This document shows, one piece after another, positions 9,757 through 22,801 of a stretch of DNA of 64,000 bases. The stretch is taken from assembly GCA_964016885.1 (NCBI GenBank), contig OZ024740.1, positions 271,250,001 through 271,314,000 on the forward strand. Direction: 5' to 3'. Source of the DNA: Eledone cirrhosa (taxonomy: Eukaryota). The position numbers and the translations under genes are program-made. The notes below the pieces were generated by a model that was not told the origin of the DNA, made no database searches, and saw nothing but the letters and a program-made list of their open reading frames with translations. Positions within the stretch are counted from its first letter, which is position 1; each line of letters begins with the position of its first letter.

Positions 9757-10419
9757 TATTTCTTTATTAGCCACTGGGGCACAAAAGAAGGGGGTTCGAG
9801 ACAAGCTCTACAGACATGGGCGCCCGGGCAGGGACCCTGCAAAAAAGATCTGTCCGAGGTGCGTGCGAGACGAAGAAACCGTCGCGCACGCATTCATACA
9901 CTGCCCGGGCGTCACTGACCTGTGGGGCTATGTAGAACGACTATTGTCGCGGGTGGGACCAATCCAGTTGACCACCGAGTCCATTGTCATGATCAAACCG
10001 CCACCCTCCTTCAAAAACGAAGGAGAGGCGGTTTTCCTTTGTGTGATAGCTATGGCGAAAGAGGTTGTATGGTGGACAAGGTTGAAAGGGCTGAGGTCAG
10101 ACACCTTTCTCTCCGGCCAACAACTGATACTTTTTTTCAAATACCACTTTGGAAGAAGAATCAGGATGGAGAGGGAGGTGCTGTACCCCAGCAAGTTTTA
10201 TGAAAGGTGGGTGAAAGTGGCGAGAATGGCCCGAGTGAATGGGCCTTCTCTCTATATCAGCCTGTAGGTTGAGGAAAAGGAGGAGGAGAGGAAAGGAGTA
10301 CAAGCTCTTCGTACTCCTGGAGATGAGGGTTGCACATTTTTTTTCGGGGGTATGTGTTACCCATATAAACTGTCTCCCTCTATTGGGGAATATCGACTAA
10401 CTTTTTAAATTTCATTTGT
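9757..10419. mobile_element. 5'-truncated, 5'-inverted Tx1 insertion (subfamily D)
   Basis: 9757-9793 is the element 3' terminus on the minus strand; 9794-10419 is the ORF2 C-terminus (VRDKLYRHGRPGRDPAKKICPRC..., stop at 10267) plus part of the 3'UTR on the plus strand; GATA tracts on both sides. Confidence 0.85.
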
Positions 10420-10703
10420 GATAGATAGATAGATAGATATATTTCTTTTATTTGCCACTAGGGCATCAAAAGTGGGACAAGTACAAAGGGGGGAGTTTAC
10501 ACAAAAAGGCGTCCTCAATAAGGAGGAGGCAATAACAAAATATAAAAATAAAATAAGATATAACAAAAAATAAAATTTTTAACAAAATCCTCAATAGAGA
10601 GGAGGCGCCTTGGGGGGTCGCACACACCCCCGAAAAAAGTGTGCAACCCTTCTCCTCAGGAGCACAGAGAAGGGGTGCTCCCTTGGTCTTTCATCTTCCT
10701 CAC

Positions 10704-13700
10704 CTATAGTCTGATGTAGAGTGAAGGCCCATTCACACGGGCCATTCTCGCCACTTTCACCCATCTTTCATAGAAACGGCTGGGGTGCAGCACCTCTCTC
10801 TCCATCCTGATCCTTCTTCCGAAATGATATCGGAAGAAACGAACCAGTTGTTGGCCAGAGAGAAAGGTGCCCGACCTCAGTCCTTTCAGACGCGTCCACC
10901 ATACAACCTCTTTCGCCATGGCTATTACGCACAGAAACACCGCCTCTGCTTCATCTTTGAAGGGGGGAGGCGGCTTGATCATTACAATAGACTCGGTGGT
11001 CAACCGGATCGGTCCCACCCTTGACAGCAGTTGTTCGACATAGCCCCACAGATCGGCTACGCCCGAGCAGTGTACTAATGCGTGTGCAACGGTTTCCTCG
11101 TCGCACACGCATCTGGGACAGATCTTTTTGGCGGGGTCCCTACCCGGGCGCCCGTGTCTGTAGAGCCTTTCTCGAACGGGTAAAGCCCCTCGGTAGCACT
11201 GCCAGGCCAGGGACTTCTGGAAGTTGTCCATAGGTCCCGGGCTGAATGTCCTACCGAACAGGCTGGCCAGTTCGTCCTCCTCCATGTCTAGGGCTTCTCC
11301 GAGGGCGTCGTCGCACCTGCTGCGTACCAGCCCTCTATAGAATGTTGCGGTGGAGTCTCCACTGACAACCGGATCCGCCTGCCAGAGGGCGGTGAGCGCC
11401 TGGGCACACTCAGTGTGCCAGGCGCCCAGTTTTCTCGGTCTTTGCTTGACCCAAGATTGCAGCTCGGTGAGTGAGACGAGTCTGGGAAAGGTTCGTCTCA
11501 CAAACGAGGCCCACACCGGTTGTCCGGTGAGGAATACGTAGAGGTGCCGTAGCCTTAATGCGTGTTTACGCATCATTAGCCACGGCATCCCCAGCCCTCC
11601 TTTCGAAGGGTGTTGACAGCAGATGGATCTCCTCACCATAGGAGCCCGCCTCTTCCAAAGGAATTGGAAGAGCGCGCGCTCCATCTTGGTGAGGGTTTCC
11701 CTTGGGCAGGGCACTACGGTCAGGCGGTAGTAGATGACGGACGCTATGTAGGTGTTCGCCACCTCCGCCCGACCTTTCAGGGATAGTTTGCAACTGGCCC
11801 ACTTCTGGGTCAGTGCAAACACCCTGTTCGTAACCTCCGCCCAGTTTTTCTCCACCTGGAGGTCCGGTCCGAACCAGACCCCGAGCAACTTCACCGGGCC
11901 CTCCGTCCAGCGTCCGACGACGCTATCGGAGGGCATCGGTCTGCCCCTCCACGTGCCGAGTTGCAAACCGATCGACTTGTCCCGGTTCAGCTTAGCCCCT
12001 GTGAACTTTTCGTACTCCTCCAGTAAGGTGCCGACCGCCTCGATTTCGGAGGCCGTCGACACCATTACTGTCACGTCATCGGCGTAGGCCGACACCGCTT
12101 TCCGCAATCCCGGTTCCAAAGGGATGCCCTGCAACAACTCCAACTTCCGCAGTAGTGGCTCGAGAGTCAACACATACAGAAGGGAGGAGAGAGGGCACCC
12201 TTGTCGGATGGACCGCGCGATTTTGAACGGCTCCGAGAGGTAGCCGTTCACCTTGACCCTAGAGCAGATGCGGCTGCTGTGCATAGCAGTGATCCAGCCC
12301 CTGAAAACGGGTCCGAAGCCTGCCGCCGCTAGCACCGCATCCAGGTAACCATGGTCGACCCTATCGAACGCCTTAGATTGATCCAAGTTGATCAGAGCCC
12401 CACCAAAGCCGGGTTCGTTCCCAACCCTCTCTATGATGTATCGCATGAGGTGGAGGTTGTCATGGATGGACCTGGACGGGATAGCGCATGTCTGCGCATC
12501 TCCCACCAGGTTGCCCACGACAAGCGCCAACCTCTTTGCTAGCACCTTGGCCAAAATCTGTAACTCTGTATTTAGCAGTGTTATGGGCCTGAAGTTACTT
12601 ATTTCGTCCCCCTTGTTCTCGTCCTTCCTCACTAGCGTGACTACGCCCTTGGTCACAGTACAGGGAATTCTCCCGTTCTGTTGCCAGTTGCAGTAGACCG
12701 CCTCGAGGAGATCGGGGAACAAGTCCGGCATAGCTAGATATAATTCGTAAGGAAGACCATCGAGACCCGGGGATTTGCGTTTGCCGCATTGGCTCAGCAC
12801 GTCCTCTATCTCAGCGGCCGAAATCGGCTCCTCGCAGGACTTCGCCTCCCTGTCCGAGAGGCGCGGCAGGCCGTCGAGGTATGGACCGAAGTCCACGTTC
12901 CCAACCGGCTCCCCGCCCCTCCCGAACAGTCGGGCAAAGTGCCTTTGAAAGGCCTCACACATCTGCTTAGGCTCAAGAATCGCCCGTCCATCCAGGTCTC
13001 GCAAAGACCGGATGGTGGATTTAGTTCCACTGTTGGCCTCTGTCACGCGGGCCCAGCTAACAGCTTTGGTCCCCTCGTTCCCTAGAGCACGTATTTTACT
13101 TCGGACAACGCAGCCTTCGTGCTTCGCGTCGAAAAACTGGCTCAAAGCCGTTCTCGACGCTAGCACTCTGGCCACGTCGCCGCTTCTAATTGCCTCTTCT
13201 ACTCTATCTATTAGCTCCCTTTCCTTCCTATTCCTATCCGCAGCTAGAACCTTACTAAATTCTATCGAGACTACTCTAATCTCTCTCTTTAGAGATACCC
13301 ACCACCTGCTGTTGACGATCGCTCCAGTCAACCGTTCCTTAACTAACGTACTAATCCGATTCCTGTAGGCTCTACTTGCCGGCAAGGACAAGTTGAGCTT
13401 CCAGTAACCGGGGCCCTGTCTATGAGTTCTGTCAAGGTTGACCATGCAGGTCACTAATTTGTGGTCTGAATAGCCAACCATGCGCATTTTTGGACAACTT
13501 AAAAAGTCCTTATCCTTAATTCTAACTAAGAACCTATCTAGGTACGACCTAGATGATCCGCTACGATTTGCCCAAGTCCAGGTTGGCGCAGTCGGAAAAT
13601 CTAGTCGATATCTATCGGCCAGGTCAAATCGACCGATTAACCCTTTGAGGCTATTACACCCCTCTCTATCGGGGCAGGCCCCTACGTAGTCCCAGCGTGC

Positions 13701-14141
13701 ATCTAGGATACCATTCCAGTCCCCCACTAATAGCAAGGAGCGGGACGTCCCTAGAAAAGTCTCCAGACGATGGAAGAAGTCCGGCCGCATTGACCCGAAA
13801 GGGCCGTAGGCGGCTACCAACCTAAACGCTCCGCCTTTACCACTGCCAAGGTCCAGAACCACTAGTCGACCCTCCGGGTCCAAATGTACCATCTGTGTTG
13901 CGAGACCCAGATGTTTTTGCAGCAGAACGACAACTCCACTCCCACCTCCGGGCTGACAGAGAGATGCGTGCATCTCAAAGTCATCAAAGGTGGGGGACAG
14001 CTGTCGCACGTTGCTGATCCGGGCCTCGCAAATAACCATCACATCTATACGTTGTGACCTGAGGTCATTTAGAAGCATTGCTTGCTTCCAAGTTGAGCCC
14101 AGGCCACGCGCATTTAAACAGCCTACTCTTAGCATAGCCAT
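10704..14141 (-). CDS. ORF2 of copy B: APE endonuclease-reverse transcriptase, 1145 aa, intact
   Basis: ATG at 14141 (MAMLRVGCLNARGL); all EN/RT motifs including YADD; same length as ORF2 of C1/C2. Confidence 0.92.
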   Translation of the reverse strand: MAMLRVGCLNARGLGSTWKQAMLLNDLRSQRIDVMVICEARISNVRQLSPTFDDFEMHASLCQPGGGSGVVVLLQKHLGLATQMVHLDPEGRLVVLDLGSGKGGAFRLVAAYGPFGSMRPDFFHRLETFLGTSRSLLLVGDWNGILDARWDYVGACPDREGCNSLKGLIGRFDLADRYRLDFPTAPTWTWANRSGSSRSYLDRFLVRIKDKDFLSCPKMRMVGYSDHKLVTCMVNLDRTHRQGPGYWKLNLSLPASRAYRNRISTLVKERLTGAIVNSRWWVSLKREIRVVSIEFSKVLAADRNRKERELIDRVEEAIRSGDVARVLASRTALSQFFDAKHEGCVVRSKIRALGNEGTKAVSWARVTEANSGTKSTIRSLRDLDGRAILEPKQMCEAFQRHFARLFGRGGEPVGNVDFGPYLDGLPRLSDREAKSCEEPISAAEIEDVLSQCGKRKSPGLDGLPYELYLAMPDLFPDLLEAVYCNWQQNGRIPCTVTKGVVTLVRKDENKGDEISNFRPITLLNTELQILAKVLAKRLALVVGNLVGDAQTCAIPSRSIHDNLHLMRYIIERVGNEPGFGGALINLDQSKAFDRVDHGYLDAVLAAAGFGPVFRGWITAMHSSRICSRVKVNGYLSEPFKIARSIRQGCPLSSLLYVLTLEPLLRKLELLQGIPLEPGLRKAVSAYADDVTVMVSTASEIEAVGTLLEEYEKFTGAKLNRDKSIGLQLGTWRGRPMPSDSVVGRWTEGPVKLLGVWFGPDLQVEKNWAEVTNRVFALTQKWASCKLSLKGRAEVANTYIASVIYYRLTVVPCPRETLTKMERALFQFLWKRRAPMVRRSICCQHPSKGGLGMPWLMMRKHALRLRHLYVFLTGQPVWASFVRRTFPRLVSLTELQSWVKQRPRKLGAWHTECAQALTALWQADPVVSGDSTATFYRGLVRSRCDDALGEALDMEEDELASLFGRTFSPGPMDNFQKSLAWQCYRGALPVRERLYRHGRPGRDPAKKICPRCVCDEETVAHALVHCSGVADLWGYVEQLLSRVGPIRLTTESIVMIKPPPPFKDEAEAVFLCVIAMAKEVVWWTRLKGLRSGTFLSGQQLVRFFRYHFGRRIRMEREVLHPSRFYERWVKVARMARVNGPSLYIRL

Positions 14142-14165
14142 GTTGGTGGTGAAGAGAAAAGGCAC

Positions 14166-15077
<912 letters not shown>

Positions 15078-15291
15078 TTCTTTATTTACCATAAAGGCAT
15101 AAAAAGAAGGGACAAATACAAAGGGGGAGTTTACATATAATCGAGTAAAAAGGGTGTAACATGAAAATAATCGAAAATAACCTCAAGAGGGAGGGGACGT
15201 GATGGGGGTTGCACACACCCCCGAAAAAGTGTGCAATCCTTTGCCCGGGGAGCACATGGAGAAGGTGCTCCCCTCTCCTTTACTTCTTTAC

Positions 15292-18200
15292 CTACAGGAT
15301 GGTATACAGAGAAGGCCCATTTACACGAGCCATTCTCGCCACTATCACCCACCTTTCATAAAACTGCCTGTGGCCAAGCACCTCTCTCTCCATTCTTATC
15401 CTTCTTCCGAAGTGATATCGGAAGAAGTAGACCAGACTATGGCCAGAGAGGAAGTTGCCTGACCTCAGACCTTTCAATCGTGTCCACCAAACAACCTCTT
15501 TCAACATGGCTATTACGCACAGAAAAACCGCCTTTGCTTCCTTTGTGAAGAGGGGAGGCGGTTTGATTGTCATCACGGACTCGGCGGTCAATTTAATCGG
15601 CGCCACCCGCGACAGCAGTTGTTCGGCGTAGCCCCACAGATCAGCCACGCCCGGACATTGCACCAATGCGTGCGCTACGGTTTCTTCGTGACGCACGCAT
15701 CTAGGGCAAATCTTTTTTGAGGGATCCCTGCCCGGGCGCCCGTGTCTGTAGAGCCTCTCTCGAACGGGTAGAGCCCCTCGGTAGCACTGCCAGGCCAGTG
15801 ACTTCTGGAAGTTGTCCATTGGTCCTGGGCCGAAAGTCCTACCGAACAGGCTGGCCAGTTCGTCTTCTTCCATGTCCAGCGACTCTCCAAGGGTGTCATC
15901 GCCCCTGCTAGCCACCAGCCCTCTATAGAATGATGAGGTGGATTCTCCACCGATGGCCCGGCCCGCTTGCCAGAGAGCCCTGAGCGCCTGAGCACACTCA
16001 GTGTGCCAGTCTCCCAGTTTTCCGGATCTTTGCTTGACCCAGGACTGTAGCTCGGTGAGTGAGACAAGTCTCGGAAAGGCTCGTTTCACGAACGGAGCCC
16101 ACACCGGTTGACCAGTGAGGAATACCTGTAGGTGCCGTAGCCTTAATGCGTGCCTACGCATCATCAACCACGGCATCCCCAGCCCTCCTTTCGAAGGTTG
16201 TTGGCAGCAGATGGATCTTCTCACCATAGGAGGACGCTTCTTCCAAAGAAATTGGAAGAGCATGCGTTCCATGGTGGTGAGTGTTTCCTTAGGGCAAGGC
16301 ACGACAGTCAGGCGGTAGTAAGTGACGGACGCTATGTAAATGTTCGCCACCTCCGCCCGGCCTTTTAGGGACAGCTTACACTTGGCCCATTTCTGGGTTA
16401 GTGCAAACACCTTGTTCGTAACCTCGTTCCAGTTCTTTTCCACCTGGAGGTCCGGTCCAAACCAGACCCCAAGCAACTTTACCGGGCCCTCCGTCCAGTG
16501 TCCGACGACACCGTCAGGAGGCATCGGTTTGCCTCTCCACGTTCCGAGTTGCAGCCCGATGGATTTTTCCCGGTTCAGTTTCGCTCCTGACAACCTTTCG
16601 TACTCCTCCAGTAAGGTACCGATCGCCTCGATCTCCGAGTCGGTTGATACCATTACTGTTACGTCATCGGCGTAGGCCGACACCGCTTTGCTCAATCCTG
16701 GTTCCAGGGGGATACCCTGCAACAACTCCAACTTCCTCAGTAAAGGCTCGAGAGTCAATACGTACAGAAGGGAGGAGAGAGGGCACCCCTGTCGAATGGA
16801 TCGTGTGATTTCGAACGGCTTCGAAAGGTAGCCGTTCACCTTGATCCTAGAACAGATGTGGTTGCTATGTAGGGCAGTGATCCAGCCTCTGAAAACAGGA
16901 CCGAACCCAGCCGCCGCTAGCACCGCATCCAGGTAACCATGGTCGACCCTATCGAAGGCCTTAGACTGATCCAAGTTGATCAGGGCCCCACCGAAGCCGG
17001 GTTTGTTGCCAACCCTCTCTATGATGTATCGCATGAGGTGGAGGTTATCGTGAATGGACCTGGATGGGATAGCACATGTCTGCGCATCTCCCACCAGGCC
17101 ACCCACGACAAGCGCCAACCTCTTTGCTAACACCTTGGCCAAAATCTTTAACTCTGTGTTTAGCAGGGTTATGGGCCGAAAATTATTTATACTATCCCCC
17201 TTTTTCTCGTCCTTCCTCACCAGCGTGACTACGCCCTTGGCTACAGAACAAGGAATTCTCCCGTTCTGCTGCCAATTGCAGTAGACCGCTTCGAGGAGTT
17301 CGGAGAAGAAGACCGGCATTGCTAAATAAAGTTCGTAAGGTATACCATCGAGACCTGGAGATTTGCGTCTGCTGCATTGGCTCAGCGCATCTCCGATCTC
17401 ATCAGCCGAGATTGGTCCCTCGCAGGACTCTGCCTCTTTGTTCGAGAGACGCGGCAGGCCGTCGAGGTATGGGCCGAAATCCACGCCCCGTCCCGGACCC
17501 TCGCCTCCCCCGAACAATCGGGCAAAGTGCTTTTGAAAGGCCTCGCACATCTGCTTAGGCTCCCGGATCACTCGTCCATCTTCGTCTTGCAACGACCGGA
17601 TGGTGGATCGATTTCCACTTTTAGCTTCTGTCACGCGGGCCCATCCAACGGCTTTGGCCCCCTCATTACCTAGAGCACGTATTTTACTTCGAATGACGCA
17701 GCCTTCATGCTTTGCATCGAAAAACTGGTTCAAGGCCGTCCTCGATGCCAGCACTCTGGCCACATCTTCGCTCTTGATTGCCTCTTCTAATTTACCTGTT
17801 AATTCTTTCTCGTTTCTATTCCTATTGGCAGCTAACATCTTGCTATAACTTATTGATTCTGTTCTAATCTCTCTTTTGAGAGATGCCCACCATCGGTTGT
17901 TGACGATTGCACCCGTCAACCTCTCCTTAACTAATCTGCTAATCCGGTTTCTGTAAGTCTCTTTTGCCGGTAAAGACAAATTAAGTTTCCAGTAACCGGG
18001 ACCCTGTCTATGTGTTTTCTCGAGATTGACCACGCAGGTCACTAATTTGTGATCCGTGTAGCCAACCGTGCGCATTTCTGGACAGCTTAATATGTCCCTA
18101 TCCTTACTTCTAACTAAGAATCTATCTAAGTACGATCTAGATTGACCACTGTGGTTTCTCCAAGTCCAGGTAGGCACAGTTGGAAAATCTAGTCGATATC

Positions 18201-18729
18201 TATCGACCAAGTTAAAACGGTCGAGTAACCCCTTGAGGCTGTTACACCCCCCTCTATTAGGACATGCTCCTGCATAGTCCCAACGTGCATCTAGGATGTC
18301 ATTCCAATCCCCCGCTAGAAGCAGGGAACGCGACGTTCCCAGAAAAGTCTCCAAACGCTGGAAGAAGTCGGGCCGTTCAGCTCCGAAAGGGGAGTAGACG
18401 GCGACCAGTCTCAAGGCCGCACTTTCACTACTGCCAACGTCTAGCACCAACAAACGACCCTCCGGGTCCGAGTGCACAACCTGTACGGCAAGACCCAGGT
18501 GTTTTTGCAGCAGCACGACAACCCCACCCCCACCTCCAGGTTGACAGAGAGATGCATGCACCTCAAAGTCATCGAAGGTGGGGGCCAGCTGCCGCATGAC
18601 GCTGATTCGAGTCTCACAGATAACCATTACATTTATGCTACATGACCTGAGGTCATTTAGAAGCTTTGCTTGCTTCCAAGTTGAGCCCAGGCCACGTGCA
18701 TTCAAACATCCTACTCTTAACACATCCAT
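15292..18729 (-). CDS. ORF2 of C1: APE endonuclease-reverse transcriptase
   Basis: LNARGL, CETRIS, GDWN, SYLDRF, TDHK, DQSKAFD, QGCPLS, YADD, CPRC-x7-H-x4-C. Confidence 0.95.
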   Translation of the reverse strand: MDVLRVGCLNARGLGSTWKQAKLLNDLRSCSINVMVICETRISVMRQLAPTFDDFEVHASLCQPGGGGGVVVLLQKHLGLAVQVVHSDPEGRLLVLDVGSSESAALRLVAVYSPFGAERPDFFQRLETFLGTSRSLLLAGDWNDILDARWDYAGACPNRGGCNSLKGLLDRFNLVDRYRLDFPTVPTWTWRNHSGQSRSYLDRFLVRSKDRDILSCPEMRTVGYTDHKLVTCVVNLEKTHRQGPGYWKLNLSLPAKETYRNRISRLVKERLTGAIVNNRWWASLKREIRTESISYSKMLAANRNRNEKELTGKLEEAIKSEDVARVLASRTALNQFFDAKHEGCVIRSKIRALGNEGAKAVGWARVTEAKSGNRSTIRSLQDEDGRVIREPKQMCEAFQKHFARLFGGGEGPGRGVDFGPYLDGLPRLSNKEAESCEGPISADEIGDALSQCSRRKSPGLDGIPYELYLAMPVFFSELLEAVYCNWQQNGRIPCSVAKGVVTLVRKDEKKGDSINNFRPITLLNTELKILAKVLAKRLALVVGGLVGDAQTCAIPSRSIHDNLHLMRYIIERVGNKPGFGGALINLDQSKAFDRVDHGYLDAVLAAAGFGPVFRGWITALHSNHICSRIKVNGYLSKPFEITRSIRQGCPLSSLLYVLTLEPLLRKLELLQGIPLEPGLSKAVSAYADDVTVMVSTDSEIEAIGTLLEEYERLSGAKLNREKSIGLQLGTWRGKPMPPDGVVGHWTEGPVKLLGVWFGPDLQVEKNWNEVTNKVFALTQKWAKCKLSLKGRAEVANIYIASVTYYRLTVVPCPKETLTTMERMLFQFLWKKRPPMVRRSICCQQPSKGGLGMPWLMMRRHALRLRHLQVFLTGQPVWAPFVKRAFPRLVSLTELQSWVKQRSGKLGDWHTECAQALRALWQAGRAIGGESTSSFYRGLVASRGDDTLGESLDMEEDELASLFGRTFGPGPMDNFQKSLAWQCYRGALPVRERLYRHGRPGRDPSKKICPRCVRHEETVAHALVQCPGVADLWGYAEQLLSRVAPIKLTAESVMTIKPPPLFTKEAKAVFLCVIAMLKEVVWWTRLKGLRSGNFLSGHSLVYFFRYHFGRRIRMEREVLGHRQFYERWVIVARMARVNGPSLYTIL

Positions 18730-18762
18730 GTGGGCGGCAGAGCCAAAGGAGAGTGTAGAGAC

Positions 18763-20640
18763 CTACCTTTCCGCTTCCCGGGGTTCGGGTTGCACGACTT
18801 CCATGGGGTCGGGGGTGTTGGGTGAAGGGGTGTCTTGTGGTGGTGTGGGGTCGTCGGTGTGTGGTGGGGTTGGGGTGTTTGGAGTTGTGTTGGGGAGGGG
18901 AAGGGGAGGGGGAAAGCTTTTTAGTAGGACGCGGTTTATGGGTTTGACAGAGGGTGGTCCTACGTCCTCCTTAAAATCCTTTTTTAGTTTTTGGTAGAGG
19001 TTCATTGGGATTTTTATTAGTTTTAAATGTGGGTGGTTTTCTGATGAAACAAAGTTTACACCTTCGGTTTGTACCGAAGGATTATTGTATATGAGTTCAT
19101 TTAATTTATTATTGTTTCTGTTGATGTAAGTATAGTGTAATGTCTTTTTTTCCGATGGTGTGAGTGTTTCGAAGAGGGGAGGGGCAGGTTTGGTTTTGTT
19201 TGTTGCTGGAGGGGTGTTTTCTGTTTTGTTAGATTGTGTTGCGATTTGGGTGGGGGTTGTTTGTCCTTGTGTGTTTTGCACATGTTTTCTTTTTTTCCTT
19301 TTAATCTGTCTGAAGGACTCCGTTTCTTCCTCCGAATTCGTTGGGTTATCTTCAGTGTTGGAGGGAAGAGGTATGTTTGCTGGTAATGTTTCCGTGTTGG
19401 TTTTCTTTGTGGGGGAGATGGATGTCACTATGTTAGACTGTGTTGTGTGTTGTGTCTGCGGTGGTTGTGTTGTTTTATTGAGTGAGAGGTTGGGTGGGCC
19501 TGTATTTTGTTTTGGGGTAATGTGTTGTGACTGTTTGTGTTGTGGTGGTGTTGTGGTGTTACTGAGGGACGGGTTGGGTGGGACTGAGTTTTGTTGTTTG
19601 TTTATCTGTTGTGGTGGTGGTGGTGGAGCTGGTGTTGGTAGCAGAGTTTTCTTTTTGTTGAGTTGTGGACAAGCGGCCTTCAGGTGCCCTCTGCCTGCAC
19701 AGATATGGCAGGACGGCCTTCTCCCCTCCACGCTAATGTTTATATACCCGTGGTCCTCTAATAGGATTCTGTCGGGTATTTGGGCGATGCGTTCAGGCTT
19801 CATTTGTACTACCAGCTCTATACCTGTTCCACTGAACGCATTGCCTGTGGTTTTCCCAATGGAAATCACGTTGTCATTCACTGGATCGATGAAGCCAGCT
19901 ATGAGCCAGCAGTAGTCCACATCTGGCATCATTGCATCCAGCCATATGCGTTGAGTTTTTTTTCCCATATAAGATGGATAAAAGGTGAAATTTTTCGAAC
20001 TAATCAGTGACAAAGCACATTTTTTTGCCGCCGATTCGTTCTTCATGATAATTGCTAGGCTTCCATACAGTCTGTCTTTTCTTATGAAAGTTGTTTCATT
20101 CAGTACTTCTGCGAGTACTGTTTTGATATCTGCTTGAGAAGGCTGTTCAGGTTTTTTTGTACTGTTGTTGATGGTCCGAAACTTGACCGTTCGGCTTTCA
20201 ATGTCTTTCGTGAATTCTTGAGGCATTTTTACCAATAAAATACCATTCTCACCTTCACTTATGTATTGTTTTGCGTCCGTGATCCTTCGTACCACATCTG
20301 AAATGTTTTCCGCTATATAAGTCAAAGATTTCTTTGTTTTCTGTGCAAAAGAAATCTTGTCGTCTGCTTTGTTTTCTGATATGATGTTATTTTCAACTGT
20401 TATTTTTTTGTTTGTTGTGTCTTTGTTTGTGTTATTAGTATTGTCATGCAATTTTTCAAATTTTTTTTTTTCGTTGTTTTCGTCATTTAAATTTTTCTCC
20501 GCAGATTCGTCCGTTTTTATTTTCATTTTTCCTTCCTTCTCTATGACGTTAGTTGGGAAGGAAGGGAGGACTAAAGCGTGCGAGCTTACAACTCTTACCG
20601 CTGTCCCCCCACCACTATTTTCGTTCGCTGCGTTTAACAT
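18763..20640 (-). CDS. ORF1 of C1: gag-like CCHC protein
   Basis: 625 aa; CHICAGRGHLKAAC knuckle; KRKKRK; conserved C-terminal block. Confidence 0.9.
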   Translation of the reverse strand: MLNAANENSGGGTAVRVVSSHALVLPSFPTNVIEKEGKMKIKTDESAEKNLNDENNEKKKFEKLHDNTNNTNKDTTNKKITVENNIISENKADDKISFAQKTKKSLTYIAENISDVVRRITDAKQYISEGENGILLVKMPQEFTKDIESRTVKFRTINNSTKKPEQPSQADIKTVLAEVLNETTFIRKDRLYGSLAIIMKNESAAKKCALSLISSKNFTFYPSYMGKKTQRIWLDAMMPDVDYCWLIAGFIDPVNDNVISIGKTTGNAFSGTGIELVVQMKPERIAQIPDRILLEDHGYINISVEGRRPSCHICAGRGHLKAACPQLNKKKTLLPTPAPPPPPQQINKQQNSVPPNPSLSNTTTPPQHKQSQHITPKQNTGPPNLSLNKTTQPPQTQHTTQSNIVTSISPTKKTNTETLPANIPLPSNTEDNPTNSEEETESFRQIKRKKRKHVQNTQGQTTPTQIATQSNKTENTPPATNKTKPAPPLFETLTPSEKKTLHYTYINRNNNKLNELIYNNPSVQTEGVNFVSSENHPHLKLIKIPMNLYQKLKKDFKEDVGPPSVKPINRVLLKSFPPPLPLPNTTPNTPTPPHTDDPTPPQDTPSPNTPDPMEVVQPEPREAER

Positions 20641-20877
20641 TTCTGTTAGACGATTGAAATTTTTTACACAAAATTTTTTAAAACAGGTTTTTCACCTCTA
20701 GGAGGGGTAAAGATGAGCTGACCCACCGCCTGACAGTTCAGACGGAGGGTCAAGCTACACAATTGTATCAAAATTAAGTTTGAACTCACAAAATTTCCTC
20801 AATAAATTTGAACAAAACTTCTGTGCGAAGTGAATGACATCCACACTGTAGAACAGACGACAGCTAGATCAAAGGGG

Positions 20878-21356
<479 letters not shown>

Positions 21357-21681
21357 CATGTGATTGTATTGCTCACGTGCACGTGAATTGTGTCACTGGG
21401 TGTTAGTTGAGTTTCCACTAAGCCTGTGAGTTTGTTTATATGTGTTATATGTACATGTATTCTTCTGCTGTGTATATGTCAGCATTTGTGTGTGTATGAG
21501 GAAAGAAGAAGAATATATTGTACTCTGCGTTAGTGTGTATGAATGAGTGCATGTGAGCGCGTTTCGAGACAGGGAGGCGAATTGTTTGTGTATGAAGTAA
21601 GATGACCTCTTTGTCAAATGTAAACAACTCCATTGCTACGGGAGTTCACTCGACCTGTTTGTGTCTGCGTAGCTTTTTATA

Positions 21682-21723
<42 letters not shown>

Positions 21724-21861
21724 CACATAGACAGAGGGATGGGATGATAGAGGCAGGTAAAGAGGTAGGATAGGAAGAGAATGAGAAAGAAAGACATGCA
21801 GGAGATAGTAAGATAGGACTTCACAGAGACAGTGGAATAAAGGCAGAGTTGCAAACAAGGT

Positions 21862-22587
21862 GAGAGGGGGATAGATAGGTAGATAGACAGATATAGAGAG
21901 GGGGGGGTAGACAGATAGATAGATAGATATAGAGAGGGGGGATAGATAGGTAGATAGACAGATATAGAGAGGGGGGGTAGACAGATAGATAGATAGATAT
22001 AGAGAAGGGGGATAGATAGGTAGATAGACAGATATAGAGAGGGGGGGGTAGACAGATAGATAGATAGATAGATATATAGAGGGGGGATAGATAGGTAGAT
22101 AGACAGATATAGAGAGGGGGGGTAGACAGATAGATAGATAGATATAGAGAAGGGGGATAGATAGGTAGATAGACAGATATAGAGAGGGGGGGTAGACAGA
22201 TAGATAGATAGATATAGAGAAGGGGGATAGATAGGTAGATAGACAGATATAGAGAGGGGGGGTAGACAGATAGATAGATAGATATAGAGAGGGGGATAGA
22301 TAGGTAGATAGACAGATATAGAGAGGGGGGTAGACAGATAGATAGATAGATATAGAGAGGGGGGATAGATAGGTAGATAGACAGATATAGAGAGGGGGGT
22401 AGACAGATAGATAGATAGATAGATATATAGAGGGGGGATAGATAGGTAGATAGACAGATATAGAGGGGGGGTAGACAGATAGATAGATAGATATAGAGAG
22501 GGGGGAGACAGATAGATAGATAGATATAGAGAGGAGGGAGACAGATAGATAGATATAGAGAGGGGGGAGATAGATAGATAGATAGAT
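21862..22587. repeat. Compound GATA/G-run minisatellite
   Basis: Alternating units like GATATAGAGAGGGGGGGTAGACA(GATA)n and GATATAGAGAAGGGGGATAGATAGGTAGATAGACA. Confidence 0.9.
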
Positions 22588-22801
22588 TTCTTTATTTACC
22601 ATAAAGGCATAAAAAGAAGGGACAAATACAAAGGGGGAGTTTACATATAATCGAGTAAAAAGGGTATAACATGAAAATAATCGAAAATAACCTCAAAAGG
22701 GAGGGGACGTGATGGGGGTTGCACACACCCCCGAAAAAGTGTGCAATCCTTTGCCCGGGGAGCACATGGAGAAGGTGCTCCCCTCTCCTTTACTTCTTTA
22801 C

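Larger units (their letters stand above)
15078..20877 (-). mobile_element. Tx1-type element copy C1 (subfamily C), full length, both ORFs intact
   Basis: ~5.8 kb; 625-aa ORF1 and 1145-aa ORF2 uninterrupted; flanked by (GATA)n; same 5' and 3' ends as C2. Confidence 0.95.
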
